From Octopus sinensis (taxonomy: Eukaryota), in NCBI RefSeq assembly GCF_006345805.1, contig NC_042999.1, positions 117,490,001-117,554,000 on the forward strand: 64,000 nucleotides of DNA, written 5' to 3'. This document shows, piece after piece, positions 12,801 to 25,434 of this stretch (position 1 is its first letter; every line of letters begins with the position of its first letter). The notes beneath the pieces were generated by a model that saw only the letters and a program-made list of their open reading frames with translations, was not told the origin of the DNA and did no database searches. The position numbers and the translations under genes were made by a program.

Positions 12801-15203
12801 TTTCATAAACGATTCTAATTTCGTAGAAAATTTCAGATTTGTTTTTAAACAATTCAACAAAATAAGCAAAACCAAAAAAACCCCCTAAAAATAACAACAA
12901 AAACAAAAATATAAAATGTTTTAGTCCTCAGATTTTGCATAATAGCAGAAATTTATTAAACTTATATTGAGGTCAGTGGATGCTGAAAGTAATAGTCCCT
13001 AAATAGTAGCTATCTCTGCATCAATAGTGTTAAAATTAGACAACTCTACGTCAAGTAAAGAAGTAGAAAGCAATATAGTTTATTATTATAAAGGTGTGAG
13101 TAATCTAAATTTCTTGCGTAGGTTGTCACTTAATTTATTTCAATACCAGACCAGCTGCTTTATTCTGATTTTATAGATTTAACAATGTGAAATACATTTT
13201 GAATGTCAGATCAAGTTCATTTAAAGTGTACCAAGACAGACCTATATGATATAAATGGAAAAAGCAACGGCTGAGAAAAAAGATGTAAAAGGACACAGTA
13301 AAAGTAACAATAGAAAGCAAAGTTGTTGGTCGGAAAAAAAAATCAAATTGTCTACATTCCTTGTTATTACTTATTAACACTAAAGTTGACCCTGAAGTTG
13401 ATCTGAAGTGACGTGAATATTTAACGTTGAGAAATTAAACTAAACTGAAGGCAGCTAATTATTTAAACCATTTCTCACACACCGCTCACCTTAAATGTTG
13501 TTTAGTAATCTTGTAATGCTGAGATGAAATCCTTCTGCATCCGAGGTACTTGTATATTTGGTCCAAAGTACAAATATATTTCAACCAAATATACAACTAT
13601 CAAACCAAAGTGGATATGTAGAAAAAGGAATAAGCCTCACAATAATCTTTTATTCTTTGCAAGAATTCTAAGAAATCTGAAACTTTCATGTGCATGACTG
13701 AAATAATAAATACCTTAAAGCAAATCCTACTATTTTGGAACAATAGTTTGCGAAACGGTTTCAGTTCCTTATGAAATAGCGCTTCTGACCATAAGCTTAA
13801 GTATGAAATCAGTATTATCATATTTATACGGACCGTAGGTTGGTGGAACTGGCCGTCTGTCAGCAAAAATGCTTTTCCATATTCTTTTCTACTCTAGGCA
13901 CAAGGCTCGAAATTCTGGGGGAGGGAGCCAGTCGGTTAGATCGACCCCAGTACGCAACTGGTGCTTTTCTGAGTTAAAATCCTGCCGGAGATAACTTTTC
14001 TCTTTACACTACTGACTTCTAAAACACTGGTCATATAGCGGCATACTGGAATCAATATAATAGGCTATAATCACTTAGAAATATGCATTTCACACCACGG
14101 TTACAGTGAAATTTAACTTCCTGTGCTAGTGGTTCACACACCTTCAACACTTATTACCCGTCAACCAACATGAACTTCTTACAATTAGACCGAAATATAT
14201 CATTAACGGGATCGAGCGGAAACCAATGTGCAACAGATTCGCCAACCCAAACCAAACCAGTCATGTCGACTGCTTACTTACAAATTTCTAACATTTTACC
14301 AGTATGCGATATGCTATGTTTTATTTTCTCTGAAGAATATTATCAGCAGTCTGGAATAAAAAGTCTGACAGTTATAGATAACATTATTTGAAAGGCAATA
14401 ATTTTTACTTTCTTCCAAACATTAGTCTTTCAGTTTTCTCCTGAAAAAACAAAAAGAGAAACAAAAAAATCAAAGACGAAGCAAAAAATAGGAACAACAA
14501 AATATCTTTCAAACACAAGAAGCAGAAGCTCGTAAACATTGAGATAAATATGTCATATATTTATAAAAAAAGACCCCAAAACTCCAAGCTAACGATCCAT
14601 AAAAAACACCCACTTACACGAAAAAAAGAGATGTACAATTTCATTGTTTCATAGTGACACTAGTTTATAGCTGTGACTTCTTAGAAAAGGAGAGATCCAT
14701 CAATTGTTTGCTTCACCGATTCTGCGCAAAGCAGATAAACAAATATACATTGGATTTTCACAATGACAGTTGGTTTAATGGTAAATAGTTAACATGAGGT
14801 GCAATATCAAACATATTTCGTGGAAAGCACATGGAAAGGAGACACGCCGTTTACGAGTTGTTTTCACTTAAAAACAACAATTAAAAGAAAATTTAAAGCC
14901 GTGCTTTTCATTATGGTAGTGTCCACTTGAGTGATTTCAAATTAATCGATAATATTCGGATTACATATGAATTAATTTTTAAAAATCTTTAAGTGTTATT
15001 GACGTGGGGACTATTTACTAATTAGTGACCAATCACTAGCGAAACACGGTCAACACTAAAAAAACACCCCAAAAAATAAATGCACTTCTTAAATGTATTC
15101 AGTGTAATTTTTTTTTTATCTATGCTTTTGCAGAAATCTTTCACAGTTACGTATATATACAGTAATATAAATAACTCCACGAATTCCACGCTATATATAT
15201 ATA

Positions 15204-15246
<43 letters not shown>

Positions 15247-15411
15247 TAAATGTTCTAAAATCTTCACAGCCTTGGTTTTTTATCTCATTCTGAAAAAAAA
15301 TTATACATATATATATATATATAAATCTCCACTGTACACACACACGCTCACTTCAAGGCAGTGCCCCAAATTGGCCAATATGGCTACCGATAAATGACTG
15401 AAAGATGTAAG

Positions 15412-15525
<114 letters not shown>

Positions 15526-15619
15526 TAGATAGATAGATAGATAGACAGATAGATAGACACACATACACACACACACACATACACTCACACACACACACAT
15601 ACACTCACACACACACTTC

Positions 15620-15740
15620 TGGAGTCGCATGGCATAAACCTTAGGGTGCTGCGCTCATGTTCGTAAGATGGTGGTTTCGATTTCTCAACAGAGCGAAATC
15701 TTGTGTTCTTGAGCAAAGCACTTCATTTCACATTGCTCCA
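15620..15740 (+). mobile_element. SINE family C head fragment
   Basis: GGTTTCGATTTC B-box-like motif and TTGAGCAAAGCACTTCATTTCAC shared with 56111-56434. Confidence 0.65.
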
Positions 15741-16618
15741 GATATTCACACGTACTTGCATATACATATTTATATGTGCGTGTAAGTACACATATACACA
15801 CTTAACCGCGCACACAGTATATATCCTTCTCACCTCATACTCCCTCCCTGATACACATACACACACCCTCACGCATACGTAATACTCTTGTCCACGATAC
15901 TCACAAGCGCACACATGCAAAGGCAATACATGCAAAGGCAATACGTGCATACGCACACACACACACACACACACACACAAATACAAATGCATTGATACAC
16001 GCACTCACACAGATGCACACATATCCAGTTTCCTAACCTGAATTTCCTTTTGCTACTGACCAACATAACCACACACACACACACGCACAAGCCACTCACA
16101 ACCCTTACACATACAGACACATACAAGAAATACATAACACATACAAACAACGCACACATGTAGCCACAAGCACACGCTCACAGAACCATATTCACACGCC
16201 CATAAACACACACATGGAGTAATTATGCACTCTTCTACCTTCGAAAACCATATTTTCTCTCTCTCCAACTTAGTTTTCTTTATATCATGGTGTTACTCAT
16301 ATGTCTTTCTCTTAAATCTTCGTTCCTTCCTCCTCTTCCTTCTTTTCCTATTCTCTGGACATTCTCCTAGATATGTGACGGAGGGTTGTGTTCAAGACAT
16401 ATTTCTTTTCTAACTCGCCTTCTAAAACCTTCATCGAACTTCAAACAAATAGTACCCACTGCGATCATTCCTTTGATTTTTGTTGTTTTTGATTTTGAAT
16501 TCGTTATTTATTTGCCAATTATACAAACATAAGTACACACAAACACATACGTGTATATACACAAGTAGTTATATATATATATATTATATATATATTATAT
16601 ATATATATAATATATATA

Positions 16619-16651
<33 letters not shown>

Positions 16652-16954
16652 CATACATACATACACACACACAGATACATATATCTTGAAGACAAAAATG
16701 TCTTTGTAGCAATTAGATGTATTTTTAATATTCTGCCTTAATATAATTTACATGAAGATTTGCAATATATATATTGTGTATTCATTTTCTCCTTGATTAT
16801 GCAATTCGTTCTCCTTTAATCACACAGACACACAAATACATTTCTACAAGTATGCACATAGAAATATACATATGCACACACATATCCTCTCTCACTCACT
16901 CACTCACTCTCTCACTCACTCACTCTCTCACTCACTCACTCACTCACTCACTCA

Positions 16955-16987
<33 letters not shown>

Positions 16988-17003
16988 ATATATATGTATA
17001 TAT

Positions 17004-18200
17004 GACCCTACCTCCCAACCCGGCTCGTTCCCCTGCTCCCGCCCACGTTGCCGCACTTGCCCTTACCTCTCCAACACCACCCTCCTCACTAGCACCCATC
17101 ATCGACCCTATCGCATCATCAACTCCTTCACCTGCACCTCCAGCAATATTATCTATTGCGTCTCTTGCTCTCTCTGCCATTCCTTGTACATCGGGCAAAC
17201 GGGACGCCGCTTGGCTGACCGGTTCGCGGAACACCTTCGTGACATCCACCTTGCGAACGACACACCGGTCTCACGCCATTTCCGCTCCACCGGTCACTCC
17301 TTGCAACACCTGTCTGTGTTCGGTTTGTCCTTACACAGAGGCCATCCGGATTCCCGTTTGCGCCGTGAACAGGAATTAATCTTCTCTCTTCGCTCTTATA
17401 CGCCATTTGGTCTCAACTCTCCCCCTCCTCATCTAACCCCCCTCTCCCCCCTCCTCACCTACTTTTCCCCCGACCCCTACTTCTCTTCAGTCCTTCATCC
17501 TTTCACCCCTACTCCCCTTCCCTTCTTCCCTCTTTCTCCCTCCCTCCTTCCCTCTTCCCCTTCCCTCTGCTCCCTCACTCCCCTTCTCTCTCCCCCTCTC
17601 CCCCTCTCCGTCGTTCCTCTCCCCCCCTCTCCGTCGTTCCTCCCCCTCTTCTCCTCCCCTCCCCCCCCTCCCCTCCCCTCCCCTCCCCTCCCCTCCCCTC
17701 CCCCTCTTCTCCTCTCTCCACACTACACCACACGACTTTACACATCACATCATATATGATGTGCCATACTAATACATACACCAACTATACATACTAATAC
17801 ATACTAATACATACTAATACATACACCAACCCTATACATACACACAGTCCAGACCTCTCATACGCACTAATACTCTCTCATACACACACACACACACCCT
17901 TATGTTGGAGTAGGTCATTCAACCCTATTATCTCCCCTAATTTCGCTCTCACGTCTCATGTTTGATCTTTGACTTCTGGCCGAAATCAGATCGCCATGTT
18001 GATTCGTTAGTTACTGCACGCATTTTTTTCTCTCCTTCTTTCTGTGTTTTTCTTTCTCTGTGTATCTTTCTGTTGAAGAGCGTAGGCTCGAAACGTTAAA
18101 GACTTGTTTTATTTATATTTCCTGAGCGCCATACTAATACAATTGTTTGTTTGTTTTCCACCTGCCTTCGTCTTTTGTCTATTTTCTTAAAGCTTCCCGT
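17004..18200 (+). mobile_element. 5'-truncated Penelope-like element: zinc-finger linker, GIY-YIG endonuclease, polypyrimidine 3' UTR, HHR-bearing terminal repeat
   Basis: GSFPCSRPRCRTCPYL, one frameshift, then FTCTSSNIIYCVSCSLCHSLYIGQTGRRLADRFAEHLRDI...RLRREQELIFSLRSYTPFGLN. Flanked on both sides by (TA)n. Confidence 0.92.
18065..18102 (+). ncRNA. Minimal type I hammerhead ribozyme motif
   Basis: TCTTT-CTGTTGA-A-GAGC(GTAG)GCTC-GAAAC-GTT-AAAGA. Stems I and II pair, AACGTT is palindromic; core has T at the normally invariant A6. Confidence 0.65.
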
Positions 18201-18230
18201 TATATACGTATATATATGTATATATGTATA

Positions 18231-18296
<66 letters not shown>

Positions 18297-18380
18297 ATAT
18301 ATATGTATATATGTATATATATGTATATATATATATATATATTATATATATATATATATGTATATATATGTATATATATA

Positions 18381-19243
18381 AACTTAGATAAACTTAGATA
18401 TGTTTCGGCCAAAGATTGGTCCAAGCCATGTCTAACTTAATACCACCACCTGATAGGATTATTCGAATCCTGTTTAAGTCAAGTTTTGTTCAAGTAGTGA
18501 GTTCTTGTTGGGTGAGTTGTATCCAATTATGGGTGGCTTATCTGGTATTCTTTGAAGGAATCTATCCAGACTCCGTTTAAAGTTGATGGGATCCTTTTCC
18601 TCTTTGATCTCCCTCGGGACAATGTTAAATAAGGCAGGGCCTGTTGAGGAAAAGAAATTATGTTGCAGTGTACATGTATATTGTGATCTTGAATTGGGCA
18701 GTCTTGGATGAATCTTGAAGCTAATGTTAAGGTCGTTTGGGCAAAGTTGGCGGTATATTCTCCACATCGTACAAATGATGTACCGCTCACGGCGACGCTG
18801 GAGGGAGTAAAGTTTCAAGGCTTTAAGGCGATCCCAATAATCGAGAGCAGCCATGCCTTCAATTCGTTTAGTGAGTGCCCTCTGGGGTGGCTCAATCCTG
18901 GAGATGTTTTGTCTTGTATGGGGAGACCACAGTGGGCAGCAGTATTCAAGGTGTGGCCGTACAAAGGAGGAGAAAAGTGGTATGATGACACTTTGTTCTC
19001 TGGACCGGAAAGTTCTTAAGATCCAGGAACTCATTCTACGAGCTATATCGACCTTCTTGTTGATGTGTGCACTCCAACTGAGATCGTCATCAACAATTAC
19101 ACCCAGGTCTCTGATATTGTTAGAGGCTGTGAGCGGTTCCCCTGAAGGAAGAGAGTATGGTTGTTTTAGTGAGGAATTTCTTCCAAAATGCATTAGCTCA
19201 AATTTTCCCTCATTCAGTTGCATTTTGTTTCTGTCTGCCCATT
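18381..19243 (-). mobile_element. CR1-like LINE, 5'-truncated (subfamily 2)
   Basis: ORF 18474-19223: IRDLGV, RPHLEYCCPLWSP, LYSLQRRRERY; 3' stem-loop and (ATCTAAGTTT) tail; internal deletion relative to the 20498-22684 copy. Confidence 0.92.
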
Positions 19244-19248
19244 ATGTG

Positions 19249-19306
<58 letters not shown>

Positions 19307-19315
<9 letters not shown>

Positions 19316-19698
19316 TATTTGAGACAAAACCACTATTTTGCAAAACAAACAAGGAAAGACTTAATCAATACATAAAATTTAATAAATAGTCAAAAAAACC
19401 GCCACTACAATCGTTCTTGTCTTGATCGACAATCTTCAGGTGGACTTCCAATAATTCAGTTACAAACTGAATTATTGGAAGTCCACCTGAAGATTGTCGA
19501 TCAAGACAAGAAACGATTGTAGTGGCGGTTTTTTTGACTATTTATTAAATTTTATGTATTGATTAAGTCTTTCCTTGTTTGTTTTGCAAAATAGTGGTTT
19601 TGTCTCAAATAATATTTTATAATATTTTACTATAAAATTGGATTTAATCCTAAATCTGATTTTTTTTCCCTGTAAATTTGGATATATTCCCTAATATT

Positions 19699-19702
<4 letters not shown>
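19307..19702. mobile_element. ORF-less mini-element: about 155-bp inverted repeat (19307-19461 / 19465-19620) of an HHR-bearing PLE-type terminal repeat
   Basis: Arms checked base by base: identical except one indel, 3-nt loop. Right arm continues into an 80-nt tail. (TA)n on both sides. Confidence 0.8.
19483..19525 (+). ncRNA. Minimal type I hammerhead ribozyme with intact consensus core
   Basis: CCAC-CTGAAGA-TTGTC(GATCAA)GACAA-GAAAC-GATT-GTA-GTGG. Stem I CCAC/GTGG, 5-bp stem II, near-palindromic ACGATTGT stem III, GUA cleavage triplet. Confidence 0.85.
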
Positions 19703-19742
<40 letters not shown>

Positions 19743-19803
19743 GCATATATATATATAATATATGTATGTATATATATTATATATATATAATATATATATA
19801 TAT

Positions 19804-19840
<37 letters not shown>

Positions 19841-19844
<4 letters not shown>

Positions 19845-20118
19845 CCTCAATTGGCCCCGCTCTCTTTAACATTACACCAAAACACATTAAAACAGAAACT
19901 GACCCTATAGGGTTCAAGAAGTCTTTGGACAGATTCCTTCAAGAAATCCCGGATAACCCCCTACACCCGGATATGTCTCTGTAAACAATAACTCTCTACT
20001 TGAGTGGGCCATAGTGCCCAAATTCTGACTTGAAAGACTTCACCAGGTGGTGCTATTAAGTTAGACATGGCCTGGGCCAACATTTGGCCGAAACCTATCA
20101 AAGTATCAAAGTATCAAA

Positions 20119-20120
<2 letters not shown>
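19841..20120 (+). mobile_element. CR1-like LINE 3' end (subfamily 1)
   Basis: Nearly identical to 22411-22684; (ATCAAAGT)3 tail; embedded in (TA)n. Confidence 0.92.
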
Positions 20121-20160
<40 letters not shown>

Positions 20161-20163
<3 letters not shown>

Positions 20164-20410
20164 ATCGCGGTTTCGATTCCCAGACCTGGCGTTGTGAGTG
20201 TTTATTGAGCGAAAACACCTAAAAGCTCCACGAGGCTCCGGCAGGGGGGTGGTGATCCCTGCTGTACTCTTTCACCACTCTTTCTTCTGTTGGCCTGCTC
20301 GCTTAGCCAGCGGGGTGGCGTCATTCGAAGGCTAAAACAATGCGAACGCATTGTGACCAGCGATGTGTAACTAGATCTGATGGACTGGTCGGTCACGTGA
20401 TGGTGATAGT
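20161..20410 (+). mobile_element. tRNA-derived SINE (family D), 5'-truncated
   Basis: GGTTTCGATTCCC B-box; 3' part nearly identical to 41765-41885. Confidence 0.8.
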
Positions 20411-20497
20411 GATGGATATATATATATATGTATATATATATAATATATGTATATATGTATATATATGTGAGTGTATATATATATATGTAAAACTATA

Positions 20498-22684
20498 TAG
20501 ACACCGTCACAACTTTGTAGACACCGTCACAAACATATGTGCAAAACACTCCCCACCAAGACCTGTGAACAAAAAGGTGCAGAATCCCCCAAAACAGAAA
20601 AACTATTATCAGAAAAATAAAAAGAACAAACAAAAAAATTGACAAACTAAAATACTGCCAACAGCAACACACACATTCGACGGCTATCGCACTGCTTGAA
20701 TCCCAAAAATATAACCTCCAACAATGCATGAAGACCCTCATCAATAACCAAAGATCAGTTGAGGAGAAGTGGGCCACTGAAAAAATCAAACTCAACCCCA
20801 AAGTGTTCTTTTCATTTGCGAGGAAACACGGGGTCACTGTCTCCACTGTTGGCTCTCTAATTGATGAAAATGGCACTCTCCAAGATAATGCCAAATCCAT
20901 GGGCGAGATACTGCAGAAACAATACTGCTCTGTTTTCAGCAATCCTGATATGGCCGATCTGGGCTGTATCAGTGATGTCAACCCCCAACACACTATATCG
21001 GACATAACGTTTGGTGCCCCTGATGTCTTAGCGGCGATAAACGAAATAAAACACAATTCAGCAGCAGGCCCCGATAGGTTCCCTGCTTGTGTCCTGAAGG
21101 TGTGTCGACACCAACTTGCATCTCCTCTTGCTAATCCCCGGAGAAACTCACTGGATGCTGGCTATATTCCTAAAAACTTTCTGTCCCAGTCTGTTGTCCC
21201 AGTTTTCAAAAAGGGAAACAAGTCCCTTGCAGTGAACTGCCGTCCGATCTCACTCACCTCTCATATCATCAAGGTATTTGAGAGGGTGGTGAGATCTCGA
21301 ATAACCCAATTTCTGGAAAGCAACAGACGGCTGATCTCTAACCAACATGGGTTCCGTAATGGAAGGGACTGCCTAACGCAGCTCATGCATCACTTTGATG
21401 ACATTTTGAGAGCTTTGGGAGAGGGCTCCAACACCGATGTCATCTACCTTGATTTCAGCAAGGCCTTCGACAGGGTCGATCACAAGATCCTATTGAAAAA
21501 ACTATCCAACATTGGTGTCTCTGGAAAGTTACTGAAATGGATCAAGTGTTTCCTGACAGACAGATCTCAACATGTTGTAGTTGAAGGAGTAAAATCAAAC
21601 CCAGCCAAAGTCATTAGTGGCGTTCCGCAAGGCACTGTGCTGGGCCCACTTCTTTTCATCATCTACATTAATGACATTAATGACATCATCAAGCACAGCA
21701 ACATAAAAATCTTTGCAGATGATTCCAAGCTCCAGAGGGTCATAAATGAGGCGAGTGACGGGACATGCCTTCAATCAGATCTACTGGCTGTTATCCAATG
21801 GTCAGAAAAGAACAATATGCTGCTGAACGAGGATAAATTCGAGTTAATCTACTTTGGAAAAGAGGATGCCCTGAAACTCCCATACTCCCTTCCTTCAGGT
21901 GAAAATCTCGTGGCATCCAACAACATCAGAGACTTGGGAGTAATCGGGGACAACAACATAAGCTGGGCCACTCATATAAACACCAGAGTTGACATGGCCC
22001 GCAGAAGGTGTTCCTGGATTCTCAGAACTTTCCAGTCGAGAGATATCTACACCATTATCCTTCTCTTCTCCACTTTTGCCCGACCCCACCTTGAATACAG
22101 TTGTCCACTGTGGTCTCCCCACACGAAACAAAGTATCATAAAAGTTGAAGCACCTCAAAGGTCAATCACAAAAAAGATAGATGGCATGACAGGCCTCGAC
22201 TATTGGGGTCGACTAGAAAAGCTAAAACTTTATTCTCTCCAACGTCGCCGTGAGCGCTACATCATCTGCATGATGTGAAAAATATTCCATCAGCATCGCC
22301 CAAATGATGTTGGCATCACCTTTAAGGTACATCCAAGGCTTGGGCCCCGTGCCATCCGCCCACAACAAAAATCGCACTCTCATCTCATAACAACAATACG
22401 GCACAATTATTTCACCTCAATTGGCCCCGCTCTCTTTAACATTACACCAAAACACATTAAAACAGAAACAGACCCTATAGGGTTCAAGAAGTCTTTGGAC
22501 AGATTCCTTCAAGAAATCCCGGATAAACCTCCTACACCCGGATATGTCTCTGTAAACAATAACTCTCTACTTGAGTGGGCCATAGTGCCCAAATTCTGAC
22601 TTGAAAGACTTCACCAGGTGGTGCTATTAAGTTAGACATGGCCTTGGCCAATAATGGCCGAAACCTATCAAAGTATCAAAGTAT
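20498..22684 (+). mobile_element. CR1-like LINE, 5'-truncated, with near-complete reverse transcriptase
   Basis: ORF 20728-22278: QHGFR, YLDFSKAFD, GVPQGTVLGPLLF, FADD, RDLGV. Premature TGA at a likely Trp codon; same frame continues to stop at 22597-22599. (ATCAAAGT)n tail. Confidence 0.96.
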
Positions 22685-22819
22685 ATATGTATATATATAA
22701 GTATATATATATATGTATGTATATAAATATATGTATATATATGTATTTATGTATGTATGTATGTATGTATGTATGTATGTATGTATGTATGTATGTATGT
22801 ATGTATATATATATATATT

Positions 22820-22867
<48 letters not shown>

Positions 22868-23439
22868 TTCACTAGACATTTCGGAAATATTCTGTAACAG
22901 CTCCTTAAATGGTTGTTATTTGAGAAGATATATCCAATCCATTGGACATTTACGCTGCATCATCGTTACAGCTCTGTTCTCGTAATGAAAGGAAAACCCA
23001 CTTATGTATCAATGGAAAATGACAGAAAGCATATTCAATTGTACATTTTCCAATCTTTTCGCTCATTACATACGCTCTTAAATTTGAAATATTGCATCCC
23101 ATCTTGTTTTGTTGCTAGGCTTATTAATTTATGCCTGGATGATGCTCGTTATCTAGACGTAAAAAAAAATCTGAAAATAATGACTTGAACATTTTGAAAT
23201 ATACGAGATTTCATTGTATAAAATAAAGCAATTTATTTTGCTGCTCAAAATGATTAAACAGCAGGTGTCTTTGTACATCTGTCTGTTTGTATATTTGTCT
23301 GTCTCTTTCCTAATATGTATATGCATGTACATACGCATGGGCTCATATATTATGTTAAAAAACTCTGATCAACTGACGATATGCATGCAATTAGTAATAA
23401 AACTCCCTATAGGAGCAGTGAGGCACAAAAGCATACTTT

Positions 23440-23960
23440 GCACTCCAGTTATTGGTCATACTAGAGTTGCACTACTCGGCGAAGGTTTTCCAGTTCTGAG
23501 GGCCGAGTGAAACTTTCCTTGTGTCGTAGGCCTTGTTTTTTATCCCACAACAGCTGCAGCGTAGCTACAAGCAAAGCACTTGGGAAGATTGGGATATTGA
23601 CTTTTTGTTTTATGTTGGGGATGTAAAGGAAGATACCTTCAGTCTTCTGTGTAGCTGTTTCTGATTGGCCAGGATAAGGCACATGTGCCACCAAGGGTAA
23701 TTGGCATAAAACTGGCAGACCTTCGACCAGTCAACTCTAAATTGAGGCTCCCTCATTAGTCATTCTACCTGTCGCACATAGCAGTGATCTCTCTTTCAAA
23801 CGACAGCCTAATGTCCATTCAAAATGAATGACTCATTGGTTAAGGTTGCCTTGGATATAGAGAAAGTCATGATTATTCTGACTGAGACAGTTCTAATTGT
23901 AGAGTCTTCTGGATTAGTGGTAACTCGAGGGATAAACAGCATCTACAATAATAATCAAAA
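23440..23960 (-). mobile_element. Highly degenerate non-LTR reverse transcriptase fragment
   Basis: Frameshifted motifs MPIT (RPIT-like) and WI..KAYD on the minus strand. Confidence 0.45.
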
Positions 23961-24754
23961 GAATGTCTCTTGCTCTTCATTACGTGCCCTATATAACAAA
24001 TACCACTGTATTCATGGAATGTTTCGTCATTTGTTATTAGAATGACATTTCTGTGAATTAAATAATGAATTCTAATATAGATATTGACCCCAAACTTTCT
24101 TTGGAGGAGAGGGTATTGTTGATTAGATCTACCCCACACTTGACCGGCACTTATTATATAAGGAACTGAACGATAAAGGCAATGTAAACTCAGAGTAAAT
24201 ATCAATTCAAACGTTAATAAACGTAGTCATGTGGTCCGCTGCTCTATCTATTCTGTAATCTAAAGTTCTAAAATAAATAGTATTGATTTCTATTTTGTAT
24301 TTAGACTAGTAAGTAGATTCTTCAATAAAAACTAGTGTATCACAAGAATGTATTTTGGAGACTCAGAACTAGCGGCTAATTAAACATAATTGGGATTTTA
24401 CTCGGAACATAGAGAAATGAAATTAAATACAGATAAGAATTTAGTTTGAATACGCATTGTTTCTCTTCTGCCACTACACTGTTTCTCATAGGATAAAATA
24501 AACATTGATTCCTCATGTAGGTATAAGAACGTATATTATTTGGGGAAGGACATAGTCGATTATATCTAGGTAGAAAAGCATATATTGGAGAGTGATGTCG
24601 CCGATTATATTCATTAGTATAATTAATTAGAGGAAAGGCAAGTTGAGCACACGAGATTTGAACTCAAAGCTTGAGAGTCGTAAAAAATACTGCATCACAT
24701 GTTACAAAGATCTTATATCATGAATTTCATAGTAGACATAATTTTATGAGTAGA

Positions 24755-25124
24755 GGGGGAGCATCATGGTCATGTGTTGAGGAGGAGTCTTTGGAGTTAT
24801 TCACGCCTGGAAATATGGGTGTTTCGTTCATCATCCTTAAACACCGATAGTTAGACACCCTTTGAGCGGGATGAGCTACTCGGCTTGAAGAAACTTCTAA
24901 GTGGGCCGCAGCTGCAAGGTTATGTTGATATGAGGTCAGCGGGTCACATAAACATGATTGTGTTGCATTGCCTGGGGTGCCCTTATCAGACGGGTAGTCG
25001 TGATGAGTATATTGCGCTTCGTATCATTGTACCGCAGTGTCACTTTGATGGCTTATGCAGCTCTCTCTCAATAATAATGTTAGTAATAATAATGATGATG
25101 ATGATGATAATAATAATAATAATG

Positions 25125-25160
<36 letters not shown>
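24755..25160 (+). mobile_element. Retroposon 3' end with (ATA/ATG)n tail
   Basis: GC-richer block ending CAGTGTCACTTTGATGGC...CTCTCTCTCAATAATAAT followed by a trinucleotide tail. Confidence 0.55.
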
Positions 25161-25161
<1 letters not shown>

Positions 25162-25395
25162 TAAATCCAAGATTATGTGAAAAAGTGTGAAGACCGTCAA
25201 TTGACTTTTTTTATAAAAGTATTAAAAGATTATTTGGAAATTAAAGAGAGAAGCGAAGGGTAGATTCGGACAGTCCGTAAACCAAGAATTAAAAAAAAAT
25301 TGGGTAAGACAGAATCGAAAATACTTTGTAAAAATTTGTAAAAATACAAAAGTTATGAGGGATTCTAGAACGTGCTTACACCATAATTCCGCTCA

Positions 25396-25433
<38 letters not shown>

Positions 25434-25434
<1 letters not shown>

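Noticed and set aside
15210-15211. Recurrent single TT phase flips in (TA)n tracts (also 19271, 41280, 59777)
   Set aside because: Most simply consensus indel errors or slippage; cannot be distinguished without reads.
22640-22680. GGCC...GGCCGAAAC at CR1 3' ends as a hammerhead
   Set aside because: No CUGANGA strand or stem I; treated as the LINE 3' stem-loop.
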